A stretch of 64,000 nucleotides of DNA from Oculina patagonica. Its lineage: Eukaryota. Below the pieces are notes generated by a model that worked only from the letters and a program-made list of their open reading frames with translations, was not told the DNA's origin and ran no database searches. The stretch is from assembly GCF_052425735.1 (NCBI RefSeq), contig NC_135761.1:62434001-62498000 (forward strand), written 5' to 3'. The position numbers were made by a program, and so were the translations under genes. This document shows positions 11,499 to 26,400 of the stretch, in pieces (positions within the stretch are counted from its first letter, which is position 1; the number at the start of each line of letters is the position of its first letter).

Positions 11499-14400
11499 TT
11501 AAACTGCACCAATTCCAAGCCTGTTTAGCTGAATATCATGGACAGGTATACCATCCATCCCAAAGGAACTAGCGGGCGTGTTGAGCAGTCCATTGAAGCC
11601 CATGACGTCACTTCCGTTGGGTTGCACTGCATTCCTCATGGGATCATAGAGGTAGTTTGGTGCGTTGTATCTTGGATAAATGTTTGTTATACTAGGCACA
11701 TAGCCAAAGTCGTCCTTAGTAGGGGATATGTAAGGAATATCCGGTGGGCGAGGAGTTGAAGCCATTGTTTGGGCGTTTGAATAAACGTTAAGAGCGGGCA
11801 CGTTGTTGTCGTAACTGACCGGGTAATTCCCATTCCCTGGGAAGTTCATTGCCCCGTTATTAACAGGGTTATGTTCCTGGATGCTTACGGGGTTCAGTAC
11901 GGTAAGATTTGCTGGCTCGTTCTGAACCCACGGAGCACCCATGTATTCATCAGGGTTCAAAGTGACTCTTGAGCTTAGAAAGCTCTTGTCGATTGCATTA
12001 ATGAAATCGCCTTGGAATGCATTGATTTCTGGGACATTACCAGCCTCATGAGGTGGTTCTAGGTCGGTTACTGGTATTGGCTGAAGACTTGAGCGACATT
12101 GCTGTAGGGGTGCAAACGACATTGGCATAGGAGCGTTTAAAGGCGTTGTATGCACCATTTGGCGAGGTTGATTATTAAGAGGCGCTGTCTGGTAGATCTC
12201 ATCGCTGGGGTAGGTTACACTTGGTGCACTTGTGGTAATGTACAGCTTGTCTTCCTGGTAAACGTTTGCATGAGCTTTCTTGAATTGCTGATGGGAGGTT
12301 TTATCTTTGCCGATATTTTGTTTCGTTGCCTGAAAGAAACCGACCGTTGCAATCTTTTGCTTTCTAACCCGAGATGTTTCCTTTGGTTTATCCTGGCGGC
12401 GTTCTGGTTGCATGTTTTCTTTGGGTTTGTCAAGTTCTCTTTCAATTGATGGCACCAAAGTCGGGTTCTCTGAAAATAAAATAAGTAAATGTTAGGCAAT
12501 ACCAATACCATCACCCACAAATGACTAACACTGTTCACCACTAGAGTTCTCAGTAGCTCAGTGGTTAGAGTGTCCGACTAGTGTACGGAATGTCGAGGGT
12601 CAAGTCCCATCTGTGAACTCAGAATATTTTCTGAGTTCTTCTCTCATAAAACACACGTCATTCCATTATCAATACCATTTTAATTAATATTTCTAGTAAT
12701 GTCCAAAATAACATTCATGGCAATCTGAGGTATGTGTCGTGTGCAAAACCCTAGCCATGCAAAGTACAAAACCTTTTTAACAAAAAGATATATAACTGAT
12801 GCAAGTTTTCGACCTGGCCTTATACGAAGATAAAATATATGTCTGAGCAGTGAGATGTGCTGGACAGGCCGGGATCGATTCGCAAGACATTGTTAAAACA
12901 TTAGCAACACCGGAGAGGTTATCAGCTTAGGGAAAAAATTAAATAAAACTAACCTTTCTTGAGATGTGTTTCAAGTGAAATATTCAATTTTTTGTCCATT
13001 TCAGCAATCATCTGGTTTTCAACCACAAGAAACACATACTCTTCAAAAGCCGTGTGGATCAAATGAAATACTCCTGTTCAAATGAAAACATAAAAGCAAA
13101 CAAATAAGAATTTTAGAATAGTTTTAAGTGTGAACCTAACTCCAGTTTTCTAATTTAAAATGTGAACCCTGCGCTCAACATTTACGCAGGCTTACAATAA
13201 GCCTAGTGGCCCATGAGACCGGAGGTTATCTCAGTTTAAGTAGCATGAAACGACTAGGCACCAGGTTAGATTGATATAAAACCGCATTTGTTTCTTTGAC
13301 GGAAAACGTTTTGTTTTGTTTGATACAAATTTATTTATAGTGAAAAAAACTATAAAGTGAGTTCTTACCAAAACTTGGGGCGCTTCTGAGCGTCAAATCA
13401 GCAAGAACTCGAGCTGTAATAAATGACCACATGGCTAGGAATTTCCTGGCTCTGTCTTCAAAACACACTGCTTGGTTATCTTCAGATTCCTGTAAATAAT
13501 GCCAAAGGATTAACAAAAACCTTAACTTTCAGTGATTAAGTATGTGAAATTAAAAGTTACGAGTGATGACCAAATATGGCACAGTCGAAGGCTGTCAGAG
13601 TGTTGACCAAATATGGGCATAGTCGAAGGCAAACACGAGGTTTTGGAAGAGTCAGTTTGGAACGATGCTTCGCTCCTTGCGAACGACTTTTTTCTGTTCT
13701 GCGGACACATTTTGGACTTTGTCTTCGGACAATGACTTCTGTGGACATGTTGGTTTGCAAGTGGAGGTTGTGTCAGCAGATAAGCTTTGAACTTTACCGT
13801 ATTCTTTCGTACAGGTTTGTGTTTATTGGAAGATTAATTTTGCAATTAATGGTTACATTCGCTTGTAATAAATTCTGTGTTGTTGTTGTTGTTGTTATTG
13901 AAACGTCGCTGGTCTTGTTACACATCCGTAACATAAACTTGAGTGTCTCAACAGTTTTATTTAAGATTTTGTGCTATTGACAGGTTGTTATCGCGTATGG
14001 TGTTGTGAACTTTACCTTGAGGACACACCGATCCACTATACTGTCAAGCCATTCTATGTAAGCTTCTAACGGGGCCTGTTTACTGAGGAGACTTTCAAGC
14101 TCACCAACGTCTGAAAGAATTCAAAGGGCGAAAAATAAGCAATAAAGTTCCACAATTTATGACAAAGATTAGATAATTCTTAGGTTATGTTTACACGGGA
14201 GGGACCGGTTCCAAAAGGATCCTAATGGCTCCTCTCAGAAAAAACGGACCGGATAGGTGGTCTGTTTACACGAGACCGCGGTGGAACTGGTCGAGATTTG
14301 GATCTGTGCCGGACAGCTTCTAGAAAGAACCGATAGCCGATAGTCGTAGCCGATCCGATCCAATTCGAGTTCGGAAAGGTTCCGGACCTGTCCCGTGTAA

Positions 14401-17400
14401 ACGCATGCTTAAAAAGTCTAGGATAGTCGGCTTAAAGTATCTATCGATGATATCAAAGCCAAACATTAAAGCTGATGGAAAACAAGAATAGTCTAACCGT
14501 GACTGGCTATTAACAACAAATATGGACAAAACGGATTTATTAACGGTTTTTGTTTCATACGTTTTGGAGAGTTGCAATTTACCAGAAATAGAAGTGTTAA
14601 AATAAATAAGGACTGCAACGGAGTACTTACATGTTTTAGCTTTGTGAAATATTTCAGAGTTTCCGCTGATGAAAAAACTTTTCGAAAGTATTTGGCCAAA
14701 ATCGATTTTTCTTAGATCACCCAACATCTGTGATACATCTTCGTAGCTAAGCAACGTTGAACGTGCGGCCTGTAAGAAATGAAGACAAAAGATGTCAAAT
14801 TTACTAAAATTAAAAGCTGTCGGGGTGAACAGTGAAGTGGCTTGCTTAAAGGTAGGTAGGTAAAAGTCTGCGTTCGAGCCTAGTGGCCCATTAGGCCGGA
14901 GCTTATCCCGGTTTCGGTAGCATGAAGCTTATAGGAGTATTTCTACTCCACCCCTGGATGGGATGCTAGTCCATCGCAGGGTTTAGTAGCTTGTTTTAGG
15001 TCAACTTAGATATTTAAAACTTGACAACGAAAGATAAAGTTTTTATGATTATTTTGCATACCTGTGCAAGATGAACAAAACAGACTTGTCTCTTCAGAGC
15101 TTGTGCAAAAATCCTTGCAACTGAAAAGAAATTAAAGGATCTGTTAAATATGTCTATGTGATCGATCGCCTAGGATTTTTAAAATAATTCTTCTCCACTT
15201 TAAGGAGAGAATTTAGGTATTAAATAAAGGCCTTGTGAAAAGTTTAGCATTAACAAATCATCTTCTTTTTGAATCGAAATTTGTTTTGAACCATCGTTAA
15301 TAATAAAACACCAACCTTCAAATTTTGCTTCTTTCAGGGCCAACGGCACTTCCGTCAAAGACTCGTCTAACCAGTCAAGCAGGTTCTCAGCAAACTCAGT
15401 TATTTCTTCTCTAAGACTAAAATAGAAGTATTTCAAAACTTTGCTTAAAGTTTTATTATAGAGCATAGACTTCCACTACATCATATTTTTATTTTGCTAC
15501 ACAATAAATCAATCGAACAAGTGTTTCCTTTAGTTTTCTTTTCAGATAGAGAAGGTATATTTGCGTTGGAGTTCTCACCTGTCTGGAAGATCCTGAATGG
15601 TTGAAGGTATAAGGACATCTGTCAAAACCTAACAGAAATACATCAGTCTGTCAGTCAGTCAATCAATCAATCAGACGTCACATGGCAATTTTACAAAACG
15701 TTGAATATCTTACGAGCTCATTTCCTGACGATCATGACTAACTTCGTGATCACAGAAAAGATACATTAACTATTACTCGCTTTCTCTTCGTTAAGGCCTA
15801 ACACAGTTAACCGTTTTAGTTCTTTTAGTATTGTTGTCATTGTAACAACGAATTAAAGTTACACGTTATCGGCTTTTCATGTCTTAGTCATCCAAAAAAT
15901 ATCTGTCTAAACACCAAAAAAAACTGACCTGAATATTTTAAATCGATAAGAGACACTTTACCTTGTATAATATGGAGTCACAAATGGCCACAATATCGAC
16001 TACCACAGGGCACTCCAGCACTGAAATAATATGGCTCGGCATGCCTTGCCAGAAATGAGTGATGAAATTCTGAACCTGGGAAAACACAGGATATGTACAA
16101 TAAGAACAAAACACAACTGAAAATCGTGGTTATAAACCCTTCAATTTTAACCTGTAACAAGCTTATAGCCTCATATAACTACTGAAAGAATTCTGTATTT
16201 TTATGATGTATCCGCATGCATGCTGCCCTTACAGCAAGGCGCCCAAATGTGTGACCACTTTTAATTTATTCACATTCTTTCGTGCAGATTTAATCCAATC
16301 AAAAGCCGTGGATAGCTTGCAGTTGACTTCTGATTGGATTAAATCTGCACGAAAGAATGTGAATAAATTAAAAGTGGTCACACTTTTGGGCGCCTTGCTG
16401 TAACACATATTAACTTTTTTCATGTCAGCAATATACCATTGCTTTCTTGTGCTTTCTTGGGCTCATTACGAAGTTCAAACTTACTCCTTCAAAGTTGGCG
16501 CTGACGACAGTGTCCAACATTCTCTGGCAATGTGTTCGGTACATCATGATGAACGTCTCTACCTGTGGACAAAAATATTTGAATATTAAAATAAGCAGAC
16601 TTAAAAGCAACTGTTATAACAAAAATACAGTCACGACAACCAGAACATTAAGATCATGTACGTCTATGTATAGAGATCTTTAAAAGTAGTTACTTGTATG
16701 TTGACTGCGTGGATTGACTTCGACTGTAACATGTTACTTCTGAGGAAATGTCTGATAGGAGGCCTAGTCATGGCGGTGGCTTAATAGGTTGTACGTTTAA
16801 TTTCAAATCAATAGCTCGATCTTAACCGCTGTACTTTTTTGATGTTTCTATGCACAATACTTGACTCTCGCAAATGTAACTCTACGAAATGTGGAATTGT
16901 TATAAGTGGAATGGTTTTGTGGAGTAACTTGTGACGGGCTGTAATCTGATCCAGTGGGAACAGCAGTTACTCTTAGTCACTTAATGCTGCAGAAGTCAAA
17001 GACACTTTCTTGGTTTACTCACAGCTCAACATGCAAAAGTTTTTGTAGAAATAATATATATATATTATATGTATTCCGTGACACCTTACCTTGTGAATGG
17101 AAACTCCATCTGGTAGCTGCACTGTGTTAGCTTTTGGAAATTCAGGTAGCAGAGTTCCTGACTTGGAACTAAGAGAGAACTTCTTGTGGTTTGAATTCTG
17201 TACGAAAAAAGATTGTAAAAACTATTGAGTAAAGAAAGATGTATGATATTTAACCAAATAAGAAATGTTCAGTTAAAGTTCTGTTATGTCACACTAAATA
17301 AAAGTTGGTTTTTAATTAGTAGGATTCAACTCCAAATGAAAAGATTTTGTACAATAAAGACGCCACAATGAAAAAAGCGAAGAAATATATTGGGATGAGT

Positions 17401-20400
17401 TGAACCGTAATTTGTGTAGAGTATTTTCTACGAACAAAGAAGCCAACTTACCGCATCTCCCTTCCCTTTCATCCCCGAGAATCTGCAACAGAAAAATTGT
17501 GTTATTTCATTTTATTTCGACACTTTAATGACAAACGCGTATGTAACCGTAGGTAAAGTATTATACATACGTAAATTACTGCCTTGCGTACCTTGATAAT
17601 CCCTTTTTGGAATAGCCTGCATGAAAATAAGCCGATGTTTCCTTCACGACTATGCCATAGTAATGGTACCTGGAGCAATGAGAATAAAAATTGAGTTCAG
17701 TTTAGAGCAATGTTGTAAAATGAACCACTTCGAATTACACAAAGAAGGGCCTGTCAACAGTGAGTTCGACTTATACCCGTCTTAAAAAACTCATTAATAG
17801 TTCATAAAGAAAATACAAAAGAAATTAATGTTTAATGAGTGTCTTTATATCTGATAAAGACACGGCTTAACTTTACGTCCATCTAGGCCAAAATAACCCC
17901 AAATCTAAATATTAGTGCGAGAATGAGTTGATCTACATCAGAAGATTTTTCCATTGCAGTACGTGTTTTATCAAGTCTAAAACACCGGCTGCGCCTCGTG
18001 TTTTAAATTTGATAAAACACTGCTGCTCATTTATTAAACATTACACAATTCGAGAATGAAGTGTGGCAGCTATATGTACTGTGATGAAGAATACTACCAA
18101 TCCGTTAAATTGATAAATTGGGCAAGTCTCAAAACTGCATGACAGGCCTTGAAAAATTGTAGTTCGTGTTTATATATTGACAAAACTTACTTTGATTGTC
18201 CGCGAGTTCCAAGTCTCCTGGTCGTCAGTTTTGGAAACCTTTGACGAATAATCTAGGAGATAAGGAAACGTTGAGCTGACTGATGACTTGACTGGCAAAA
18301 AAGGAAAGACGAAGAACTACATCAACTTTCTGCCACAGTGTTAGCAATGTCTCAAAATGTGAATTGTAGTGTAAAGTTGCAAGTACAATTATTTAACTTA
18401 GTCCTTTGGTCCTTGTTTAGATATAGAGTCCGTATGTTATTTAGGAAATATCAAGTAAAGTTTTAAATAATATTTTTACCTTTCCAAAAGTTGCTGGTCC
18501 AGCGGGGCAAAGTTTGCCTTTTCTACAAAAATCTAAATAGTGTGTATACATGACACATCGCGGCAGACACATGCCTTCCTTTAGCTCGTAGTTTTCACCA
18601 AGCCTGCAAAGAAAAGAAACAAGCACATTGATCCTCCAAGAAAATGGCTGACATGTTTCGTAACGTTAACACTGTTCAATAAAACTTTTTGCTACGTCTC
18701 TACTTAAAATTCTCTTTTATTTGTGTTATTTTCTTGTTAATTCTGATCATAATTTCGAATGCTAAGTAAACCCGAAAAAACATTCGATCAATGAATTTAA
18801 CAAAATGGAACTGGAATACTGCTCCGACCAAAGCGCTGGTCGTAAAATTTTTGCATAAAATTAAAACAGATTTAGTTGAGATAGAAAGCTAGAAAAAAAG
18901 TTAGGCCGTAGACACGCAAGAGTAATATAACGAGATAGCTTTGTCCTTGCAAACACTTTATTTATAAATCTGACAGTATCACCTGAACTTGCACGTTCAA
19001 TTAAATACAAATTTATTTGACTAGTTTAGTTCATCAGACTATTATTTCATAAAGGCCAAGTAAGCATGATAAGACCATAAAAAGTTAAAGAGGAGATTAA
19101 AGATTTAAATGGTAATGAAGCATGCAGGACGGCTAACCACTTCCCTCCCTCCCCGCGGGACAAACGATACGTGAGCAATTTTAAGGGCCATAAAGCTTGT
19201 TCTTTTATTCCGTCGATATTCGTGACAAACGCCGTGTTTCTCGTTAATTATGTATATTACAAGGACATCACACACTTATAAATAACGTAATTCGTGTGTA
19301 TTAAGGACATTAGACCGTTATAAACAAATATTCTATAAATACGTTTTTGGATATCTTAATATACTTATGGCACTGCCTTTCACGTTCATTAACTTCTGTT
19401 ATGAAAATGAAAGAAGTAAACAGAAAAAATAAAAGTGAATAATAAAAGAGAACAGGAGTGCCAGAAAACCTTCTTCGTTATTTTCGATTAGTTATTTTGA
19501 CTGTTAGTTTAAAACTTCTGTCCATTAAGGACTAGAGATACAGGAGGTTTATCTGTTATATCTGATATTTTTTATAAATGTCCTTTTTGTATATCAAGGG
19601 CTTTAGACGATCATAAAACATATTCGTTTACTTAGTTTTTCCATGCTATTTAAAGGTCTGCTACGTGAAAGATAAAGTCCAGTTAGATAAAGAAAAAACG
19701 TAGCGAAGAAATTGTTGAGAACTGAGATCATTCGAACAGAGGAAAGCTAAAAGCGAATATTGTTGGGCTTGGGTGCCAAAAAAACTCGTTCTTTACTTCT
19801 GATGTTCTCTTTAACTCGAGTATATTAAGAAGTTTTAACAACGTCATAAGCATTGAGGACCAGAGATCCTGTACTCAATTTGTCCGTTATATCTGCTATT
19901 TGTTATAAACGTCCCTTGTGTATATTAAAAAGGGCTTCAGACAGCCATAAATCGTATTTGTTTAATTAGTTTTTTAATCAGTGCTATTTAAGGCGCCACA
20001 TGAAATTGTAGATAAAGTACTTATAGATTTAGCGAAAACGTAGCGAAGAAATTGTCAAGAAATGAGAGCATTCAAACATAGGCCAGCTGAAAGCGAATAT
20101 AGTTGAGCAGGGGTGCATGCCAAAAAAAACTTGTTCTTTACATCTGATGTTCTTTTTAACTCGAGTATATTAAGAAGTTATAACAGCACCATAAACAGAA
20201 TATTCGTTTAATTAGTATTTTGCTGCTATTTTAGGGGATTCTTATTTAAAGGCGCACTTGTACTAATTTGACTTGAGCCTCATGATAGTAACATGATAAC
20301 AAAAGAAAATTAAACCAAAAGCGAATACGGATGAAGGTAAACAACTGTAAAAATATCAAGTGGTGGAGCAGGACTAACAAAATTTGCTTATTTTGACCTA

Positions 20401-23400
20401 TTTTGACTTGGCATTCTTAAATTAAAGAAACATCTGACTGTCTGCTTCTGCTTGTGTCCTTTTGTCATAATTTGCTTTAACTGCATGGTTTTTGAATTCC
20501 TTTGTTCATTTGTCAACTCGCCTTGACTGGAGCAAAACAACTTTGGACAACAAGAATAACAACGAAATATAAGCTGCCCGTGTCGTGCCAGTAGCTGCAC
20601 TGCGGTACTGTCTCATGATTCTGTCGTTTTATTAAGCAAACAGATTTTTTTAATGTTAACTTCACTTTCTTTCCAAAGCTATGGTCTAACTGTGGAAAGA
20701 CTAGGTGTTAAAGGGCTGACAAGATGATAATTTGTCGAACGGTATTTTTTTCATTATTTATTGGGCCCTTAAGTTGTCGCGTGCGCCTACTCACACACTT
20801 GACAATATAAGAGAACATTTCAAGCTGTCTTCAGTTCACGCTTTTTGCATTTTCATGTTTACGCTTTGTTCACGGTTTAAGATTAATAAAGTTAAAGACA
20901 TTTTACGGCTTTAGCCTGCAATATTCTCAGGTGTATAAAATGTTCTACTTACCATCTAAGCGTTTGTGCTATCTGCCTCTGCTTTTTCTCCAACATTATG
21001 AATGAATATGACTCTTTTCGTCTACTTCCTGAAAGAATATTTAAGGAGAAAAACGAAACCTTTATCACTTGTATCTAAATAAAACCATGTCAATATGATA
21101 AGATGAAGTCAGTGCTAAAGAAAGAAAGCAGGCTGAAACTTCAACGAATTCCGAGATTTCATGTTTAAAAACCTTTGTTTTAAAAATAAGTCTTTGCACT
21201 AAGGTCAAAGACTAAGCTTTCTACGTTAACCTGTTTCGTATTAACAGTAGTTTTTACATTTTAAGAATAAAGAAATAACTTAAGCGGGCTAGAGATAAAT
21301 TCGCATTTTACCTTAAACAAGTCTTCTTATTTGATGATTTCTTTTTTATATACGATACTTTTGGGTGGTGTACTATAAAGTAGTCCTCCAGCAAAGATCG
21401 CAAACTACAGAATGTTATCGTAGATTATCTTTTGCTCTATTTATTCTCTTCGTCTTAACTAACGCTCATACAATGAGCAATCAGTTTCATTGAAGGAGCG
21501 TGCCGTTTTTAGAATTCAATACAATGAGAACAAAACTGCTGTTTATACGTGCGAGCTTTTGCTTTGTTTAAATTTCTGAAGCACGTGCGTAAAGAAAGTT
21601 ACAAACACAAAAGCGTGAAAAATAGTTGTTAAATGTAGCGCAACAAAGAGAAACTTCTCAAAAAGCTTAACTAACGTCTAACGTTGCTGAGCGAAGGAGC
21701 GAAAACCACACACTGCATTTCACTCATTTTTAGCAAACATCTGCGTGCGTTTTGTTGGAAAATATGAATTCTGACGACGTTCTTTTGTATAGAAAAAAGA
21801 AACTATCTAAATTGTAGCTGACGGCACTGGTTAGTTCAGTTGCTGGTTATAGGTAAATCAGCTTTAATCTTTCAAATAATATTCTTTCAAAGGGAAAGAG
21901 AGTTTTTAACGATATTGTGGAGCAGAAAGGCCACGCAATTTTGATTCCTAGGGTACATGGCGTAGCAATTACTGATCTGCAAATTTAAGCTACAGTAATC
22001 GCAATACTTTAAAAACAACACCAAAGGTTGCGATAGGAATGATTTGTAATAAAACCTTTGGTCACTTTATTGAAGAAAGATTCGGGTTTCTTCATTAAAA
22101 GATAAAAGAAAGAAATTTGATAGTTTGGTATACCATGCTTCTTTACCATAACGAACATAAAACTGATTTACGAAGCGTCTGAGTTAGATGATTTTAATTG
22201 CACAATTTATTCATTGCTTCGCTGTCCGACCCTATTGTAGCATCCTCTACACGTATTTAACGTCATAGCGTCTTCTCACAAACCAACGTTACTTAGTCGG
22301 GTCTTCGACCGAATAGAATGATTTAAACAACTTTTGAAGCTTGGCAAAAGAAGAACTAAGAAATGCTGGAGTCACTTGTTACGACGTAACGATGCTCGCT
22401 ACAATGCACAAAGCCGTAGATTTAAAAAAACACAAGCTGGCATGTAATACTTTGAAGAACTGATAACACAATACTTTTAATTTTGAATGTAATGTTGGTT
22501 GTATCAAAGTCTTTCACTGAACTTACTTTAAATTCTACAAGAAAAAGATCACTGGGTAGGGAATTTTAAAAATGGCCAATTATAGCCTAATTACTAGCTA
22601 ACGCGATTTTAACGAAGCTGGTAGCAGGTGAAAATTTAAAAGAACAAATCCTTTGACTCTTAAGCTATGTTCGTCATAATTTGGTTTTTGCTAAATCATT
22701 TTCCGCTTTAAATGTAGGTTTATGTATATAGTAGCCGTGCTAGTTAAAAAGTCTTATATCTTGTTGAGCGTTGGCGTATTTAGAATTTCAACAATTTTAT
22801 CATTTTACTTATGTGTCTCTACGCGGTCACGATTGGGAGAATTTAAAAAAAGGAAAGAGACAGTGTTTTAAGTTATAAAAACAGAAATATCGTGAGTTCT
22901 TTCTAAATTCGATTTCATACCCAAACAATTCTTACTCACTTAGGTTTTTTGCGCCATGTGGCGCGTGTAAGACCCCAGAGAATTCAAGGTCACTCCCCCC
23001 GATCTATTGAAAAAGGAAAATCTTAAAAGCAATATCAACCCATTTTATGGCAAAAGTTCAGTTTTATTGCGAACAACACGGTCGAAGATTTGAGCGTTCA
23101 CGCAAATTGACTGCCTCAGCCAGCTAAAGCCATTCTGCGTAAAGAAACCCTTAGTCCAAGCAAATCAAGAGAGCTTGTTTTTCGTCCTTTCATTTGCATT
23201 ACATTACATTTAGAAGCCAGTTAGAAAGCAACAGAATCGACTAAAACTACGAATAATTATACTATCAAGAAAGTGTGTAAGGTAGAATAACGTGATCTAC
23301 GATCAGTGATAGAATTCTTCGAGGAAACACACCACGCGGGCCATTTCGGCCGGTTCCAGCAATATTGAATTGTGCAGTTCGTTTTAAAATAATAACATGA

Positions 23401-26400
23401 CTACACTGTTGAAGGCGTCGGAAGACTGCTTAAATAATTTAACCAACTGTATTGTTGCTTGTGTCCTTTACGGCCTTCAATGCAGCAAGTTTTTTCGTGC
23501 TTTAAAGAGCAGTTTTGACACTAACAGGCAGAAGTAATTGAATATGCAATATTACTGTCCTGGCAGAAATTGTTTAGGATTAGACAATTTTCCCTCTCCT
23601 ATGAAATTATAAATACAAATTTAAATCATAAATAATGGCCTTATCAGTTGTTTTATTTGTATTTTTTTTTTCACATTACTGATCAGTCTTTTGCCATTTG
23701 TTTTCTTGTTATTTAAGAGCTATACCACCGATTGCTAATTTTTGAAAAATGTATCTTAAATTGTTTAGCAGTTAGTCGTGTGTAAACTGTCTCAACAGTC
23801 CATAGTCCGGCATCAACCTACTTTTTCTCTCTGAGCTATTTCCGTCATTTCGCGTAAGTCAGTTAAATGATATGTTGAATTTTCTTTCGATTTTAAAAAA
23901 TTCTGTACATTTGAAAAGATGCGTAAAGCTGGCATTCATCTCTACTGGGCATCGTGCAAACACACAGTCACAAATAATCCAACAGTTAAGTTGTTGACAA
24001 ACATCAATTTTAAAACAATTTTTGCTATAACTTACTTACCTAGCCCTTGAAAAGCGTGCATCATTTTTCAACTATTTCTCAAGAAAAAGTGTTTCAAGAA
24101 ATTGAATCAGCAATCGTGTTTCGTGATTTTCTTTCTGTTCCAATAAATCAAAATCGAAATTTATATTCAACTCTGCCAGAGAGCTGCTATAAATAAACGT
24201 TGGTATTACGTAGAACTCAAGTGTCCTAATACAACAATATACAAGCAATTTAGCATTTTGCAATACCACGGGGGTGGATGAACTGGATATGTTAATGTTA
24301 TCACATTAGGTAATAAGATTACATTATTACAATTTATCGAATAGCCTTTTGCAATTTCAAAAAGTGTACGTGATTTTAAGCTAAATGGCAAAAAAATGGA
24401 CATAAAATCTTGAAGTCAGAGGGAAGGTAAACACTTTCAAACATGAGATCTTAACCTGCCTTGCTCGTTTTGTATTAAATGTCACCTGGCGTATTTCCAC
24501 ATAAGAAAACTGTTGCTAAAGGATTTTCTTTGATTTATACTTGTAAACTGCGTTTTGCATTGAAACTTGTTTCAAAATTGCGTGAGCACGTTGGGTTTGC
24601 AAAAGAAGTACTAATATTTTGAACAGCCGCGCCCCAAAACATGATCAACAGTTTTAATGATATACGAGGAGTTTGTGTCACTGTCTGACTGATAAACATC
24701 TTTCCCAGTCAATATCGTTCTTTACACGATAACAGGGTCAATTTATTTACTTTCATTGAATATGAAGTTTTGCATAACGTTTTTAAGACTATTGGCTCTA
24801 AATTTAAGCTCTAAGGGTAAGCCCCATAAACGAGAATCTTTAAGAGTCGTGAATTCTATCACTTGGGAGGTATATTCTCCTAACGGTGCCCCCCTGAACC
24901 TCTGATCAAAGTTTACGTGACTTTACCCTGTTCCCATGCGTTCCAGCCAACCACAGTCAAAGTAGGTCATGAGGTCAATCAATTTGCAAGCACATCTAGA
25001 TAATTATATTTTTAACCACATGGTTAGGTTAATTTCACTCGATCATGTCAAATCAAAACGTGTTTCAGACGTTTTAAGGTTAGTGCATCACCAAGTAGAT
25101 TTTAGATTGAAATTGAGTCGTATGCTGTGTCACAGGCCATATATAAGCTTTCCTCTGAAAAGGAAAATCATCTCCTAAGTATAGTAAATTCAAGTTTTGC
25201 AACTTACGGCTCTTAGTCGTCTCGATGATTCAGGTTCCGTTGAAGTCACTGAGTCACTTCAGTGAACTATTTTAAGATTTGTTTCGACCTGAAGAGTATT
25301 TTTTCATCTTGCAAAAAGATTTCAAATTGCGTGATCAGATAGTGTTAGTGATAAGGTTTTAATATTCTGTGTGAAAATTCACATACACAGGCGAAAACAG
25401 GGTCAACAATTTTGTTTTTTGTTAATATTGCTTGTTTCACTGCCTGAAAAACCACGTGGGTAAACCGCTCAAAGTGAAAACGTCAGTTTAGTCTTTCCCC
25501 TGTGGCAAACAATATCATATCTTGCATAAAGATTATATGAGGCACACCCCTTATTCAACTAACCTCCTTCTCAATAAATGTTCATTTTTTAGCATTTTAG
25601 TTAATTAAATTTCTACGTATGATACTCAACACATAATTAGTTATATTCAGTTAAGGTCACAATGTACATCAATGATTTTGAAAGTTTCTCGGTTTGCTTT
25701 TGATGTGGTTTCAGAAAAAAAATTAAAAATATTTTACTGTCTTTATTTACCTCCTACCTGTAATTTATACCCCCTGTCAAAACAAACCCTTCAGGCACAC
25801 GATAAAACTCCTCAATAAAATGAAATTAATCCGAACTAGAGAAGAAGTTTCCTCAAACTTGCAGAAGCTCTCTCTTTGACGTAGAGGACTCTATAATGGT
25901 CGAAAACGTTTTTGAAAATTGCGGGGTTCAGACTTGTCAACAGTGTTTTTCAATTTCGTTATTTAAGGTTATGAGTCAAGGTCCAAAAGTTCAAAAAGAA
26001 ATATTGGCACTAGCGACTGTTTTTATGAATGTAGCTACCTATATCGATTAGTTCTTTCTTTTCCATTAAGCTCTTGTAATGTCTTACGTACTTTCCTGTA
26101 ACTGCTAATGTTGGCTAATTGGAGGAATGTTTGTACGCACGGTTTGTCAAATAATAATTAATGTTGCCTCCTGCAGCAGTTCTTCAAATCACTTTTAAGG
26201 ATTGGCAAAGCGAGGAAAGATGTTTCCAGAAACACTCGTAGAGCGCGCATGTTTCCCCAATGTTTCCCAGTTTTGCCACACGGAAAGCATTGTTTCCAGC
26301 ATCAATTTTTGTTTCCAAAAAGGAAAATTTGCTTCTGCTACACCGCAGAAACATTCCCGGATTTACACGCGGCATGGAACCATGGCCAAACCAGAAAACA

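Noticed and set aside
12546-12640. Possible tRNA gene (also ~48118-48190 and the SINE heads)
   Set aside because: Degenerate B-box, no convincing cloverleaf, and continuation into SINE-like sequence.
13522-13980. Overlapping short ORFs and a ~37-bp imperfect repeat in an RFX intron
   Set aside because: No recognisable domain or compatible splice sites; the RFX frame is complete without them.
16203-16423. Mirror-image ORFs on both strands
   Set aside because: Consequence of the palindromic MITE.
25208-25288. 81-nt AG/GT-bounded candidate RFX cassette exon on the minus strand
   Set aside because: Stop codons in all three frames; no support beyond the splice-like motifs.
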